In this document: positions 10,437 through 20,414 of the stretch, one piece after another
Numbering within the stretch: position 1 is the first letter of the stretch
Layout of the letters: each line of letters begins with the position of its first letter
Assembly (NCBI GenBank): GCA_040758355.1
Contig: JBFLWF010000002.1
Location: forward strand, 64,001-128,000
Reading direction: 5' to 3'
Length of the DNA stretch: 64,000 nucleotides
DNA from: Nitrospirota bacterium
GTDB taxonomy: Bacteria; Nitrospirota; Thermodesulfovibrionia; Thermodesulfovibrionales; Dissulfurispiraceae
Notes under the pieces: generated by a model
Database searches by the model: none
Told to the model about the DNA's origin: nothing
Seen by the model: the letters and a program-made list of their open reading frames with translations, nothing else
Position numbers and translations under genes: made by a program

Positions 10437-11689
10437 CAGACAAACTCCGGTACGGCCTCTCCTCTAATAATATCACTAAAAGTTTCTCTTTTCCTTATCA
10501 ATTTATATTTCTTGCCTTTTACCATGACCTCTGCTGCTTTCGGCCTGCTGTTATAGTTGGATGACATTGTAAAGCCGTAAGCACCAGCACTCATTACAGC
10601 AAGGTATTCACCATTTTTGACCTTCTGCATCTCTCTGTCTTTTGCCAAAAAATCACCAGATTCGCAGATTGGTCCTACGATATCGGCAATTATCTTGTCC
10701 CTTTTATTTTTAATAACCGGCTGGATATGATGGTATGCGCCGTAGAGGGTCGGCCTCATTAAATCGTTCATTCCAGCATCAACGATCACAAACTCCTTTT
10801 CGTGCCCCTTCTTTAAATAAAGGGTCTTTGTTACAAGAATCCCTGCATTTCCTACGAGAGACCTTCCTGGCTCAAGGACAACGGTTACTTTCCTGCCTTT
10901 GAGTAATGGCAATATGTTCTTTGCGAGTTGAGCCGGATTCGGAGGCATTTCATCCCTGTACGTGATTCCAAGACCTCCTCCTATATCCAGATAGTTGATA
11001 CCGATTCCCTGCTTTGTAAGTTCATCCACGAGTATCAGTATCCTTTTTAATGCATCTACAAATGGCGATACCTTTGTAAGCTGAGAGCCTATGTGCTTGT
11101 GTATGCCAACAATCTTAATGTTTTTAAGGCTATTAGCGAGCCTGTAATATTCCAATGCATCCTCGATAGGAATGCCGAATTTGTGCTTCTTTAACCCTGT
11201 CGAGATGTAGGGATGCGTTTCAGGGTCTATGTCAGGGTTTATTCTCAGGGCAATTGGCGCCTTTGTCTTCATCTTTTCTGCAATCCTGTCGATCTCCCTG
11301 AGTTCATCCTCGGACTCCACATTGAACATCAATATCTTGCTCTTCAATGCGTATATTATCTCTTCCTCTGTCTTTCCGACCCCTGCATATACTATCTTTT
11401 TAGCCGGCATGCCTGCCTTCAATGCCCTGAAGAGTTCTCCTCCCGAGACAACATCGGCGCCGCCGCCGTTTTTTGCAAAGAGCCTTATTATGGCTGCATT
11501 GGAGTTTGCCTTTAATGCAAAACAAATAATGTGTGGAAAACCGTCAAATGCTGTTTCGTAGGCCTTGAAGTGATTCAGAAGCGTGTTGTAGCTGTAGATA
11601 TAAAGCGGTGTTCCGAATTCTTTGGCGATTTTCCTGACAGGTACGTCCTCTGCGTATAATTCGCCGTTTTTATACTGGAAGAGGTGCAT
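10436..11689 (-). CDS. lysA: Diaminopimelate decarboxylase
   Basis: FALKAN (PLP Lys); HIGSQ; EPGR; GPICESGD; start moved to 11689 after AAGGAG. Confidence 0.96.
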   Translation of the reverse strand: MHLFQYKNGELYAEDVPVRKIAKEFGTPLYIYSYNTLLNHFKAYETAFDGFPHIICFALKANSNAAIIRLFAKNGGGADVVSGGELFRALKAGMPAKKIVYAGVGKTEEEIIYALKSKILMFNVESEDELREIDRIAEKMKTKAPIALRINPDIDPETHPYISTGLKKHKFGIPIEDALEYYRLANSLKNIKIVGIHKHIGSQLTKVSPFVDALKRILILVDELTKQGIGINYLDIGGGLGITYRDEMPPNPAQLAKNILPLLKGRKVTVVLEPGRSLVGNAGILVTKTLYLKKGHEKEFVIVDAGMNDLMRPTLYGAYHHIQPVIKNKRDKIIADIVGPICESGDFLAKDREMQKVKNGEYLAVMSAGAYGFTMSSNYNSRPKAAEVMVKGKKYKLIRKRETFSDIIRGEAVPEFV

Positions 11690-11769
11690 GTAATCTCCTT
11701 TATTTGTTTGATTTTTTTTATGTTTTTTTACCATAATATGCGGAAAAAGTCAAAAAATATAACTAATTT

Positions 11770-11951
11770 GAGCGATTTTATATGTCAGGCACTGCTCAAA
11801 GACTTTAAAAAGTGCTATTTCAAGTGTATATGAAAGATAATAAATATATAATCCAGCAAGTATCCAATGTAGTAGATGACGGATATAAGATAAATGTTTT
11901 TACAAGTGCGTGGTTTAAAGTCTTTTCGCAGCACCTGACATATATTTTTAG
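11770..11951. mobile_element. MITE-like element with 31-bp imperfect terminal inverted repeats
   Basis: 11779-11809 tatatgtcaggcactgctcaaagactttaaa versus reverse complement of 11914-11944 tatatgtcaggtgctgcgaaaagactttaaa. Confidence 0.7.
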
Positions 11952-11976
11952 AGTTAGAATCACTCAGTTTAGGTAT

Positions 11977-12153
11977 AAGACACATGCAGGGTATGCTGAA
12001 AAAAGACTTTGCACTTCAGAATATTAGACTGCATAGTCTTGAATCTGTCATCTACAACATTGGTTACTATTTAGGCAAGGCGTTGGTTATCTCTGGCATA
12101 CACAGAGAATAACACTTTGTAAAGGCTTTTTCAGCATACCCTGCATGTGTCTT
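11977..12153. mobile_element. Second MITE-like element with 27-bp perfect inverted repeats
   Basis: aagacacatgcagggtatgctgaaaaa at 11977-12003 and its reverse complement at 12127-12153. Confidence 0.7.
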
Positions 12154-12241
12154 TACGTTATAATTAGGCAACTTGCGCAATTTGGGGTAAAGAAAGGTTA
12201 AGATTAAGGTTAAGGTTAAGGAAAAGAGGAAAGGGGTAAAA

Positions 12242-14176
12242 ATGGGAAAGAACATTGTACAGAAAATATTTGAGGCTCACAGGGCTTCCGGAGAGATAAA
12301 GGAAGGGAGTCTGATAGGATTAAAGGTCGATCAGGTCTATACACAGGATGCCACGGGAACGATGGCCTGGCTTGAGTTCGAGGCAATAGGCATTGACAGG
12401 GTAAGGGTTCCCCTTGCTGTCAGTTATGTTGACCACAATATGCTCCAGTCAAACTTTATGAATGCCGATGACCATCTGTTTTTACAGACCGCTGCTGCAA
12501 AATTCGGCGCATACTTTTCAAAGCCAGGAAACGGAATATGCCATCAGGTTCATCTCGAGAGGTTTGCAGCGCCCGGTAAGATAGCCCTCGGCACTGACAG
12601 CCACACCCCGACAGGCGGTGGAATGGGCATGATAGCCATAGGTGTTGGAGGGCTTGAGGCTGCAACAGTTATGGCAGGTGCACCCTTTGAGACGAATATG
12701 CCGAAGGTTGTGAGGATTAATCTCAAAGGCAGGCTCCAGAGGCCATGGGTTACTGCAATGGATGTTATCCTCGCGCTTTTGAAGATGCTCACAGTAAAAG
12801 GCGGCGTGGGGAAAATACTCGAGTACGGAGGCGAGGGCGTAAAAGACCTGAATGTCACGGAGAGGGCGACCATCACAAACATGGGAGCTGAGCTCGGCGC
12901 AACAACATCGATATTCCCAAGCGATGAAAAGACTCTTTCTTTTCTAAAGGCGCAGGGCAGGGAAAAGGATTGGATGGAGTTAAAGGCAGATGATGACGCC
13001 GAATATGCAGAAATTATAGAGCTTGATTTAAGCACTGTTGAGCCCATGATCGCACAGCCCCACAGCCCTGACAATGTCGTGGCGATTAAAGAGATAGCAG
13101 GCAAAAAGGTCAATCAGGTCTGCATAGGAAGCTGTACAAATTCATCCTATCAGGCAATGAAGGCTGTTGCATCCATATTGTGTAGAAATACAATTCCCGA
13201 ATGGGTGAATCTTTTGATAAATCCGGGCTCAAAACAGGTTTACGAAATGCTTTCGAGGGAAGGGCTCATAGCAGATATGATCTCTGCCGGTGCAAGGATT
13301 CTTGAGGCATCATGCGGCCCCTGCATTGGAATGGGCGGCGCTCCGGGATCAGGCCATGTATCCATAAGGTCCTACAACAGGAACTTCCATGGAAGGTCAG
13401 GAACAAAGGATGCCTTTGTTTATCTCACAAATCCCATTGCCTGTGCTGTGATGGCTGTAAAGGGGGAGATTATAGATCCCCGTGATGCAGGGCTTAAAAT
13501 CGATGAAATAAAAGAGCCGGATAAGTTTTTGATAAATGACAATCTCATTATCCCTCCGAAGGCCGATACAAAGGATATAAAGATAATAAAAGGCCCGAAC
13601 ATAAAAGAGGTGCCTGTAAAAGAGCCGTTTAAGAAGAACATAGAGGCAGAGGTATTGTTAAAGCTCGGAAATAACATCACAACAGACGACATAATGCCTG
13701 CCGGCTCTAAAGTCCTTCCTTTCAGGTCAAACATACCTGCAATTTCCGAATTTGTCTTTGAGAATATCGACAGGACATTCAGCAAGCGTGCAGTGGAGGC
13801 AAAGGAAAGCGGCGGCGGGATAATCATCGGCGGAGAGAACTACGGACAGGGTTCATCGAGGGAACATGCAGCCATTGCGCCCATGTATTTAGGACTTCAG
13901 GCCGTCATTGCAAAGTCCTTTGCAAGGATACACAGGGCTAATCTCATAAACTTCGGGGTTCTGCCGCTTTTATTCAAGTCAGAGGGCGATTATGAGAAAA
14001 TAGAACAGGGAGACAGGCTTTTAATAAGGGATGTCATCGGCTCTATCAAAGGAGACCAGAACTTCAAGGTCGAAAACCTGACAAAGGGTTATGCCTTTGA
14101 GGTTATATCAAATCTCAATGATAGAGAAAAGGAACTGATCTTAAAGGGCGGGCTTCTGCCGCATGTAAGACGCTGA
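12242..14176 (+). CDS. Aconitate hydratase (short Aquifex/archaeal-type aconitase)
   Basis: DSHT; CIGSCTN; CGPCIG; SYNRNF; TTDDIMPAG; GSSREHA. Confidence 0.88.
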   Translation: MGKNIVQKIFEAHRASGEIKEGSLIGLKVDQVYTQDATGTMAWLEFEAIGIDRVRVPLAVSYVDHNMLQSNFMNADDHLFLQTAAAKFGAYFSKPGNGICHQVHLERFAAPGKIALGTDSHTPTGGGMGMIAIGVGGLEAATVMAGAPFETNMPKVVRINLKGRLQRPWVTAMDVILALLKMLTVKGGVGKILEYGGEGVKDLNVTERATITNMGAELGATTSIFPSDEKTLSFLKAQGREKDWMELKADDDAEYAEIIELDLSTVEPMIAQPHSPDNVVAIKEIAGKKVNQVCIGSCTNSSYQAMKAVASILCRNTIPEWVNLLINPGSKQVYEMLSREGLIADMISAGARILEASCGPCIGMGGAPGSGHVSIRSYNRNFHGRSGTKDAFVYLTNPIACAVMAVKGEIIDPRDAGLKIDEIKEPDKFLINDNLIIPPKADTKDIKIIKGPNIKEVPVKEPFKKNIEAEVLLKLGNNITTDDIMPAGSKVLPFRSNIPAISEFVFENIDRTFSKRAVEAKESGGGIIIGGENYGQGSSREHAAIAPMYLGLQAVIAKSFARIHRANLINFGVLPLLFKSEGDYEKIEQGDRLLIRDVIGSIKGDQNFKVENLTKGYAFEVISNLNDREKELILKGGLLPHVRR

Positions 14177-14191
14177 GCAGCGGGTAGCGGA

Positions 14192-14221
14192 TTGACAAAA
14201 AAGCCGTACAAATTGTAAATT
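14192..14221 (+). promoter_or_regulatory. Putative sigma70 promoter of the tRNA operon
   Basis: TTGACA at 14192, 18 nt spacer, TAAATT. Confidence 0.5.
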
Positions 14222-14266
14222 ATTAGTCTTAAACTCGCCAAAAAAATCGAAGATTTTTGGCGCTGA

Positions 14267-14339
14267 GGGCCGCTAGCTCAGTTGGTAGAGCAACGCCCTT
14301 TTAAGGCGTGGGTCGTTGGTTCGAATCCAACGCGGCTCA
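14267..14339 (+). tRNA. tRNA-Lys (TTT), CCA not encoded
   Basis: Acceptor gggccgc/gcggctc; anticodon arm acgcc-ctTTTaa-ggcgt; T-loop GGTTCGAATCC. Confidence 0.95.
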
Positions 14340-14340
14340 T

Positions 14341-14415
14341 GTCCCCATCGTCTAGCCCGGCCTAGGACATCGCCCTTTCAAGGCGGTAACATGGGTTCGA
14401 ATCCCATTGGGGACG
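14341..14415 (+). tRNA. tRNA-Glu (TTC), CCA not encoded
   Basis: Acceptor gtcccca/tggggac; anticodon arm tcgcc-ctTTCaa-ggcgg; GGTTCGAATCC. Confidence 0.95.
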
Positions 14416-14427
14416 CTTGAAAAATAG

Positions 14428-14457
14428 AAAGGGCTTGCTGCAAGCAAGCCCTTTTTT
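14428..14457. terminator. Intrinsic, probably bidirectional, terminator
   Basis: aaagggcttgct-gca-agcaagcccttt followed by T run; A-rich on the other side. Confidence 0.85.
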
Positions 14458-14487
14458 GTTTGTCCTCAAGAGACCTGTTAAAATATC

Positions 14488-14583
14488 CTACTGCGAATGG
14501 GCGATCCCTAACAGAACTATGAACAAAAGCCAGACCATCATTCCAAGGAATACCCTGTAGAATATTGAATTTGCTCTGTCCAT
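14488..14583 (-). CDS. Putative 31-aa single-TM small protein (not in ORF track)
   Basis: MDRANSIFYRVFLGMMVWLLFIVLLGIAHSQ; GGGGGA upstream of the ATG; ends just before the shared terminator. Confidence 0.45.
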   Translation of the reverse strand: MDRANSIFYRVFLGMMVWLLFIVLLGIAHSQ

Positions 14584-14692
14584 TCTTTCCCCCAAAATTT
14601 ATGCCTAAAATTATCATCGGATTTTTTTAAATATCCTTTACACCTGAAACATTCTCCTTACCCCTATGACCTGTTTTTGCTATAATCAGCAT

Positions 14693-15661
14693 ATGGATTT
14701 TTTAAATGTACTTTTTCCGATTTCGGGTGTAAGAACTAATATCTTCTTACCCCCGCTGGTCGCGATGTTTATCTCTTTTTTCACTTCAATGGGCGGTATT
14801 TCTGGTGCATTCCTTTTGCTTCCGTTTCAGATGAGTGTTTTGAATTACACTGCTCCTTCGGTAAGCGGCACAAATCATGTCTTTAATATTGTGGCAATAC
14901 CGAGCGGTGTTTACCGCTACATCAGGGAAGGCCGGATGGCATGGCCTTTGACATGGGTAGTTGTTGCAGGCACACTGCCCGGCGTCTTCCTTGGCTACTA
15001 TGTAAGGGTTTTGTATCTCCCCGACCCAAGGGCATTTAAATTCTTTGTGGGCTGCGTTCTTTTTTACATAGGGACTCGTCTTTTAAAAGAGATTCTGATC
15101 AGGAATAAAAAATCCTCCGCATCAAAGGCTCTGGAAGAGAAGTTTAAGGCAAGGACGAATGAGATAAGGCAGCAACAGGCTTCAACAATAGTAGCGGGTT
15201 TGCCTGCTGAGGCAGTGGTAAAGACAATAGCTGTTTCATTAAAGGAGATAGAATACGAATTCTGGGGAGAAAGGTTCTCTTTCAATACCATGGGCATGTT
15301 CATCCTTGCCCTTGTGGTGGGGATCATTGGCGGTGCATATGGAATCGGCGGCGGCTCCATTATCGCCCCGTTCTGCGTGGCTGTTTTTCACCTGCCTGTC
15401 TATACCATTGCAGGCGCTGCATTGATGGGGACTTTCATAACTTCGGTTGCAGGCGCACTGTTTTTCACTATTATTCCTGTAGCCGGCGGTGTTTCAGCCA
15501 TGCCTGATTGGCCGCTGGGAATATTATTCGGCATCGGCGGATTTGTCGGGATGTATTTGGGTGCGAGGTTTCAGAAGTTTGTTCCGCAGAAATTTATAAA
15601 GCTGATGCTTGGCATTGTTATAGTCTTTCTTGCAATAAGATATATTGTTCAGTATTTCTAA
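14693..15661 (+). CDS. TauE/SafE (TSUP) sulfite/oxyanion exporter family
   Basis: MGGISGAFLLLP; GIGGGSIIAP; multi-TM; start moved to 14693. Confidence 0.85.
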   Translation: MDFLNVLFPISGVRTNIFLPPLVAMFISFFTSMGGISGAFLLLPFQMSVLNYTAPSVSGTNHVFNIVAIPSGVYRYIREGRMAWPLTWVVVAGTLPGVFLGYYVRVLYLPDPRAFKFFVGCVLFYIGTRLLKEILIRNKKSSASKALEEKFKARTNEIRQQQASTIVAGLPAEAVVKTIAVSLKEIEYEFWGERFSFNTMGMFILALVVGIIGGAYGIGGGSIIAPFCVAVFHLPVYTIAGAALMGTFITSVAGALFFTIIPVAGGVSAMPDWPLGILFGIGGFVGMYLGARFQKFVPQKFIKLMLGIVIVFLAIRYIVQYF

Positions 15662-16818
15662 TGAATAAAAGGCCTACAATCATTCAGTTGTTCCTCTCTT
15701 TTCTGAGGCTCGGCATTACAGCCTTTGGTGGCCCTGCAATGGTTCAGTACATAAAGGAGCTTTCGGTAAAACGCAATAAGTGGGTGGACGAAGAGACATT
15801 TAAGGAAGGTATCGCCCTCTGTCAATCCATACCTGGTGCAACTGCAATACAGATGGCGGCTTATGTTGGATTGAGAACGAAAGGGATAACAGGTGCATTA
15901 TTATCGTATATTGGATTTGGACTGCCTGCATTTATCCTGATGCTGATACTTTCAGCGTTATACGAGAGATCCCATAACATCCCACAGATCATTTCATTGT
16001 TCAATGGTCTTCAGGTTATTGTTGTTGCCCTCATCGCCAATGCAACCTATTCCTTTGGCAGAGGCATTTTAAAAGGTTACAGGGATATTTTTATATCTGC
16101 CATGTCAATCCTCCTTTTCTGGTCAGGCGTAAGCCCCTTTATAGTCATTATAGGTGCTGCCCTGACAGGCATCGTCTTTTTCAGAGGTATCAGCTTCACA
16201 ATCTCTTCAGTTCATGGCAAGAAAAGGAACCGATGGATGTTCAAGCAAATTGCGCTGCTATTTTTAATCCTGCTGGCAGGACTTTCGGTGCTTTATGTTG
16301 TAGACACGAAGCTCTTTAAACTGGCAACAATGATGCTCAGGATAGACCTTTTTGCATTCGGAGGCGGTTTCGCATCACTGCCATTAATGCTTCATGAAGT
16401 AGTAAATGTAAGGGAATGGATGGACCATAAGACATTCATGGATGGGATTGCATTAGGTCAGATCACCCCTGGCCCTATTGTCATCACTGCTACCTTCGTT
16501 GGGTATTTGTTATATGGCCTGTTGGGCTCTATAGTGGCAACCATAGCAATATTTACACCTTCCTTCTTAATACTGGTTGTTGTCACACCTTTCTTTGACA
16601 GACTTAAGACATCCGCGTATTTTTTAATGGCAACAAAAGGAATATTTGCATCCTTTGTCGGACTTTTATTTTATGTGACTTTAAAATTTGCATTGGCTGT
16701 GCCATGGGATATTGTCAGGGTTTTATTAGGAGCGGCTGCTTTCATTGCACTATTAAAAAGGGTTGACGTCCTTTATGTTGTGCTCACAGGCGCTGCCATT
16801 TCGATAGCTGTGTTTTGA
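15661..16818 (+). CDS. chrA: Chromate efflux transporter (long-chain CHR)
   Basis: AFGGP and AFGGG motifs; QSIPGA and QITPGP in two halves; TAATG coupling to the upstream gene. Confidence 0.9.
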   Translation: MNKRPTIIQLFLSFLRLGITAFGGPAMVQYIKELSVKRNKWVDEETFKEGIALCQSIPGATAIQMAAYVGLRTKGITGALLSYIGFGLPAFILMLILSALYERSHNIPQIISLFNGLQVIVVALIANATYSFGRGILKGYRDIFISAMSILLFWSGVSPFIVIIGAALTGIVFFRGISFTISSVHGKKRNRWMFKQIALLFLILLAGLSVLYVVDTKLFKLATMMLRIDLFAFGGGFASLPLMLHEVVNVREWMDHKTFMDGIALGQITPGPIVITATFVGYLLYGLLGSIVATIAIFTPSFLILVVVTPFFDRLKTSAYFLMATKGIFASFVGLLFYVTLKFALAVPWDIVRVLLGAAAFIALLKRVDVLYVVLTGAAISIAVF

Positions 16819-16910
16819 GGTGGATATTATTGTGAAAGGAGTATTAAAATGGAAAAGTTTTGCATGAGCCCGTTAGAAAATGTTTTTCTAACGAGGTGAG
16901 GAGGGATAGA

Positions 16911-17600
16911 ATGTTCTTAAATGATTATAAAAAAGTTATTCAAGCAACTGTTTTATTGTTTTTTGTTGCAACAATTATTGCATCTGCAAAAGAGCTATAT
17001 GCAGATGAACTTAATATTGATAAGTTAATAATGGATATCCAGGACAATGACTGGTATAGACGTTTGCCGTTATACGGGGGTGCAGAGGGCATAAAGAATG
17101 ACAGGCTGACAGACGCCCTTATCGGCCTTGTAGAAAACAAAATGCTGAACTGGAGATACAGGATAAGGGCAATCCAGCTTCTCGGTGAGAGTAAAAAGGA
17201 GAAGGCACTCAATTTCCTCGAGCGGATACTGAGCGACCCGTTCCTTAACCACGATTGTCCTGCCATAAAGTGGAATGCCGTCACCGCCCTCGGCAATTTT
17301 ACTAAAGACCCGAAGGCAGCCGATATACTCCTCGATGCATCGAAGTTTGAGGACAACCCGGTGGTCAGAGAGGCCATTGTCAAAACCATGGGAAGGGTTG
17401 GCAGTTCAAAGGCTGTGCCGTTTTTGATTTCTGTCCTAAACGATAAGAGTTTTGCGATAAAGTTCAGTGCTATAAGTGCCCTTTCAGAAATCGGAGACCC
17501 GCAGGCATTCCCCCATCTAAGAGATATTGCAGAGAATGAAAACGATCCTCTCATAAAGAATGAAGCCATTACAGCTCTCGAGAGGTTTTCCAAGGGATAA
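16911..17600 (+). CDS. Exported HEAT/PBS-lyase repeat protein 1
   Basis: Signal/TM N-terminus; VREAIVKTMGRVG-type repeats; DPFLNHDCPAIKWNA. Confidence 0.75.
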   Translation: MFLNDYKKVIQATVLLFFVATIIASAKELYADELNIDKLIMDIQDNDWYRRLPLYGGAEGIKNDRLTDALIGLVENKMLNWRYRIRAIQLLGESKKEKALNFLERILSDPFLNHDCPAIKWNAVTALGNFTKDPKAADILLDASKFEDNPVVREAIVKTMGRVGSSKAVPFLISVLNDKSFAIKFSAISALSEIGDPQAFPHLRDIAENENDPLIKNEAITALERFSKG

Positions 17601-17606
17601 ATCACT

Positions 17607-18329
17607 GTGATCTGTTATCAGAAGTCAGAAGATAGAATACAGAAGCCAGACTATCAGAAGCCGGACAGTCTGTCCTCTGTATTCTGTATTCTGTGTTCTG
17701 TGTTCTGTCTTCTGGTCGTCTACCAAAGTCATGCAGCGCCTCATGATATTGATAAATTGCTGGTAAAGCTCAGGCATGATGACCCTAAAGTCCGTTTGTC
17801 GGCAGTGGAAGAATTGGGCAGGATTGGAGATGATGATTCTATGAGGGCGCTTATGAGTGTCATCGAAAATCAGGGCGAAGACTGGAAGATTCAGATTAGG
17901 GCAGTAAAGCTGCTGGCGGAAATTAAAAATCCCAGGGCAGTAGATTTATTAATAAGAATATTGGATGACCCATTTTTTAGCTATGACTGCCCTGCATTGA
18001 AATGGAATGCCGCCCTTGCCCTTGGCAATTTCAAAGGACATTCAAAAGTGGCAGATGTGCTGATAGATGCCTTAACCGATAAGACGCTTTATGTGCGGGA
18101 GGCAGCAATACAGTCCCTCGGCGAGATTGGCAGTAGAAAGGCCGTGCCATATTTGATTTTTGCATTAAACGATAAGAGCTTTGCAATCAAGATAAGCGCG
18201 ATAATGGCGCTTGGGAAAATCGGAGATGAGTCAGCGATCCCTTTTGTAAAGCGGGTTTTGGATAATGATGCCGATCCACACATAAGGGATGAGGCTGCAA
18301 AGGCATTGAAAAGATTAAATGAGAATTAG
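17607..18329 (+). CDS. Exported HEAT/PBS-lyase repeat protein 2 (paralog)
   Basis: VRLSAVEELGRIG and VREAAIQSLGEIG repeats; DPFFSYDCPALKWNA; repeat-derived N-terminus. Confidence 0.75.
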   Translation: MICYQKSEDRIQKPDYQKPDSLSSVFCILCSVFCLLVVYQSHAAPHDIDKLLVKLRHDDPKVRLSAVEELGRIGDDDSMRALMSVIENQGEDWKIQIRAVKLLAEIKNPRAVDLLIRILDDPFFSYDCPALKWNAALALGNFKGHSKVADVLIDALTDKTLYVREAAIQSLGEIGSRKAVPYLIFALNDKSFAIKISAIMALGKIGDESAIPFVKRVLDNDADPHIRDEAAKALKRLNEN

Positions 18330-18353
18330 GATTTAGCAGCAAGGAGGTTTTAA

Positions 18354-19580
18354 ATGGCGCATCCAAAGGTTCTTGTATTCGTGCTTGCCGGAGGCAAAGG
18401 TGAAAGGCTTTTCCCGCTGACGGCATTCCGGTCTAAACCGTCAGTTCCGTTCGGAGGAAGATACAGAATAGTTGATTTTGTCCTGAGCAGTTTCATTAAT
18501 TCCCACATATATTCGATCTATCTGCTTGTTCAGTATAAGTCGCAGTCTCTCATTGAGCATGTAAGACAGAACTGGGTTTTGTCGCCTGTTATTAAGGATC
18601 ATTTTGTCACGGTTGTGCCGCCGCAGATGCGCATGGGACCCGAGTGGTTTCAGGGAACTGCCGATGCGGTCTTTCAGAACATAAATCTCATACAGCAGCA
18701 CAACCCGGAATTGGTCATAGTCTTCGGGGCAGACCATATCTACAGAATGGACATCCGCCAGATGATAGATTTCCATCTTCAGAATGATGCCTTTGTAACT
18801 GTTGCGGCAAGGCCTGTCCCTGTTGAGCAGGCATCTGCATTTGGAGTTATTCAGACTAATAGCGAAAGACGAATTGTCGGATTCCAGGAAAAACCAAAAA
18901 AGCCTACGCCAATGCCGGATGATCCGAGCCGTGCTTATGTCTCCATGGGGAATTACATATTTAACAGGGATGTGCTTTTAGATGCGCTGGCAAGGGCCCA
19001 GAGGAAAAAGCAGCATGATTTCGGGGCACACGTTATACCCGGCCTTGTGGATACAGAAAAGGTATTTGCGTATGACTTTGCCACAAATATTATTCCCGGG
19101 ACAATGGAGTGTGAAGAAAGGGGATATTGGCGCGATGTGGGAACCATATCCGCATATTTTGATGCCCATATGGACATGCTGGGCGACCATCCTTTGTTTG
19201 AACTTGGCAATAGATTGTGGCCTATCCATCCGTCAGGTTACGAAGGGCCTTCCGCAAAGATATTGAGGGGAGACATAAGGAACAGCATAATCGGAGAAGG
19301 TACTGTTATCCGTAAGGCCAAAATACGCAATTCGGTTATTAGGAGCGGGGTTGTAATCGAAGATAATGTCAGCGTAGAAGATTGCATAATCATGGACCAC
19401 GCGATTCTTAAAAAAGGATGCAGTCTCAGAAGGGTGATAGTGGACAAACTGAATATAATAAATGAAGGAGAAAGGATAGGCTTTGACCCTGATAAAGACC
19501 GTTTCAGATGCCATATAGACCCATCCGGAATAGCAATCATCCCGAGAGGCGGTAGGCTGATGAGAAGGACTAAGGAATAG
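18354..19580 (+). CDS. glgC: Glucose-1-phosphate adenylyltransferase
   Basis: LAGGKGERLFPLT; KPSVPFGG; GTADAV; EKP; YWRDVGT. Confidence 0.93.
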   Translation: MAHPKVLVFVLAGGKGERLFPLTAFRSKPSVPFGGRYRIVDFVLSSFINSHIYSIYLLVQYKSQSLIEHVRQNWVLSPVIKDHFVTVVPPQMRMGPEWFQGTADAVFQNINLIQQHNPELVIVFGADHIYRMDIRQMIDFHLQNDAFVTVAARPVPVEQASAFGVIQTNSERRIVGFQEKPKKPTPMPDDPSRAYVSMGNYIFNRDVLLDALARAQRKKQHDFGAHVIPGLVDTEKVFAYDFATNIIPGTMECEERGYWRDVGTISAYFDAHMDMLGDHPLFELGNRLWPIHPSGYEGPSAKILRGDIRNSIIGEGTVIRKAKIRNSVIRSGVVIEDNVSVEDCIIMDHAILKKGCSLRRVIVDKLNIINEGERIGFDPDKDRFRCHIDPSGIAIIPRGGRLMRRTKE

Positions 19581-19592
19581 ATAATTTCAGAA

Positions 19593-20414
19593 TCAAAGGG
19601 CTTTTATATTTGATACAAATCTTAAAATAGCCTTATTCCATCCCTCCGGGCCGATTCCATCAGCTTTTATCAAATTCGGCATGTCTATTTTGCGGTCGTA
19701 GCTTCCATCAGGCTTCTGAACAATTACTGGATAATCAACCCTTTTTAGCATCGGTATATCATTGGGACTGTCGCCTATGGCAATTGTTATAATATCGCCC
19801 AATTTCCTTCTGTATATATCGATTAAGATGGACACTGCCTTTCCCTTGTCGCTATCGCCGAGGATGTGGAAAAATCTGCCCTGTGTGTAATTAAACCCCT
19901 TTGCATTAATTGATTCAAAAAGCCTCTTTAATTCCACATCATCTCCTTTAAATATAAACGGCTCGTCAAAATCCCTTTCCTTTGCCATCCCTGCCTCGTC
20001 AATGGACATATTAGCTATATCTGCAAGTTCCTCTGCTGTCATGTCTCCGAAGCCTTTAACATCAAAACCTTCTTTTCGCAACCCCATTGTCACCCTTCTC
20101 AGGTCAGAATATTTTGCGCCAAGCCTGATTATTCGATACTTGCCGTTTTCCTCAGATTTGAAATTTGAAATTTGGAATTTGAAATACTCTGTAGGTATGA
20201 ATATCCCTCCTCCGTTCTCCGATATGAATGGATGGTGGTTGTTGAGTTTTCTCCTGTAATATTCTATCTCTTTTCTTGTCTTGCTTGAGCAGATTATGAG
20301 GGGAATGTTTTTTTGTTTCAGCAATGTAAGTGCAGGCAATGCCTTTTCAAAAGAGTAGGTGTAATGGTCAAGGAGTGTACCATCGAGGTCTGCGAAGATG
20401 ACGAGTTTTTTCAT
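19593..20414 (-). CDS. mpgP: Mannosyl/glucosyl-3-phosphoglycerate phosphatase (HAD IIB)
   Basis: DLDGTLLD; CSSKTRKE; ENGGGI; GDSPND. Confidence 0.85.
   Translation of the reverse strand: MKKLVIFADLDGTLLDHYTYSFEKALPALTLLKQKNIPLIICSSKTRKEIEYYRRKLNNHHPFISENGGGIFIPTEYFKFQISNFKSEENGKYRIIRLGAKYSDLRRVTMGLRKEGFDVKGFGDMTAEELADIANMSIDEAGMAKERDFDEPFIFKGDDVELKRLFESINAKGFNYTQGRFFHILGDSDKGKAVSILIDIYRRKLGDIITIAIGDSPNDIPMLKRVDYPVIVQKPDGSYDRKIDMPNLIKADGIGPEGWNKAILRFVSNIKAL

Noticed and set aside
11812..12255. ORFs 11812-12027 (+) and 12067-12255 (-) sharing KTHAGYAEK
   Set aside because: The shared peptide is just the translated inverted repeat; no coding evidence
14378..14617. 79-aa minus-strand ORF
   Set aside because: Runs antisense through the terminator and tRNA-Glu; the 31-aa ORF in another frame fits better
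15508..15660. N-terminal extension of the chrA ORF in the track
   Set aside because: Overlaps tauE out of frame; the ATG at 15661 coupled to the tauE stop is the better start
16940..17605. Long antisense ORFs (this one and e.g. 6482-7012, 12550-13113, 53042-53641)
   Set aside because: Shadow frames of well-supported genes, with no recognisable motifs
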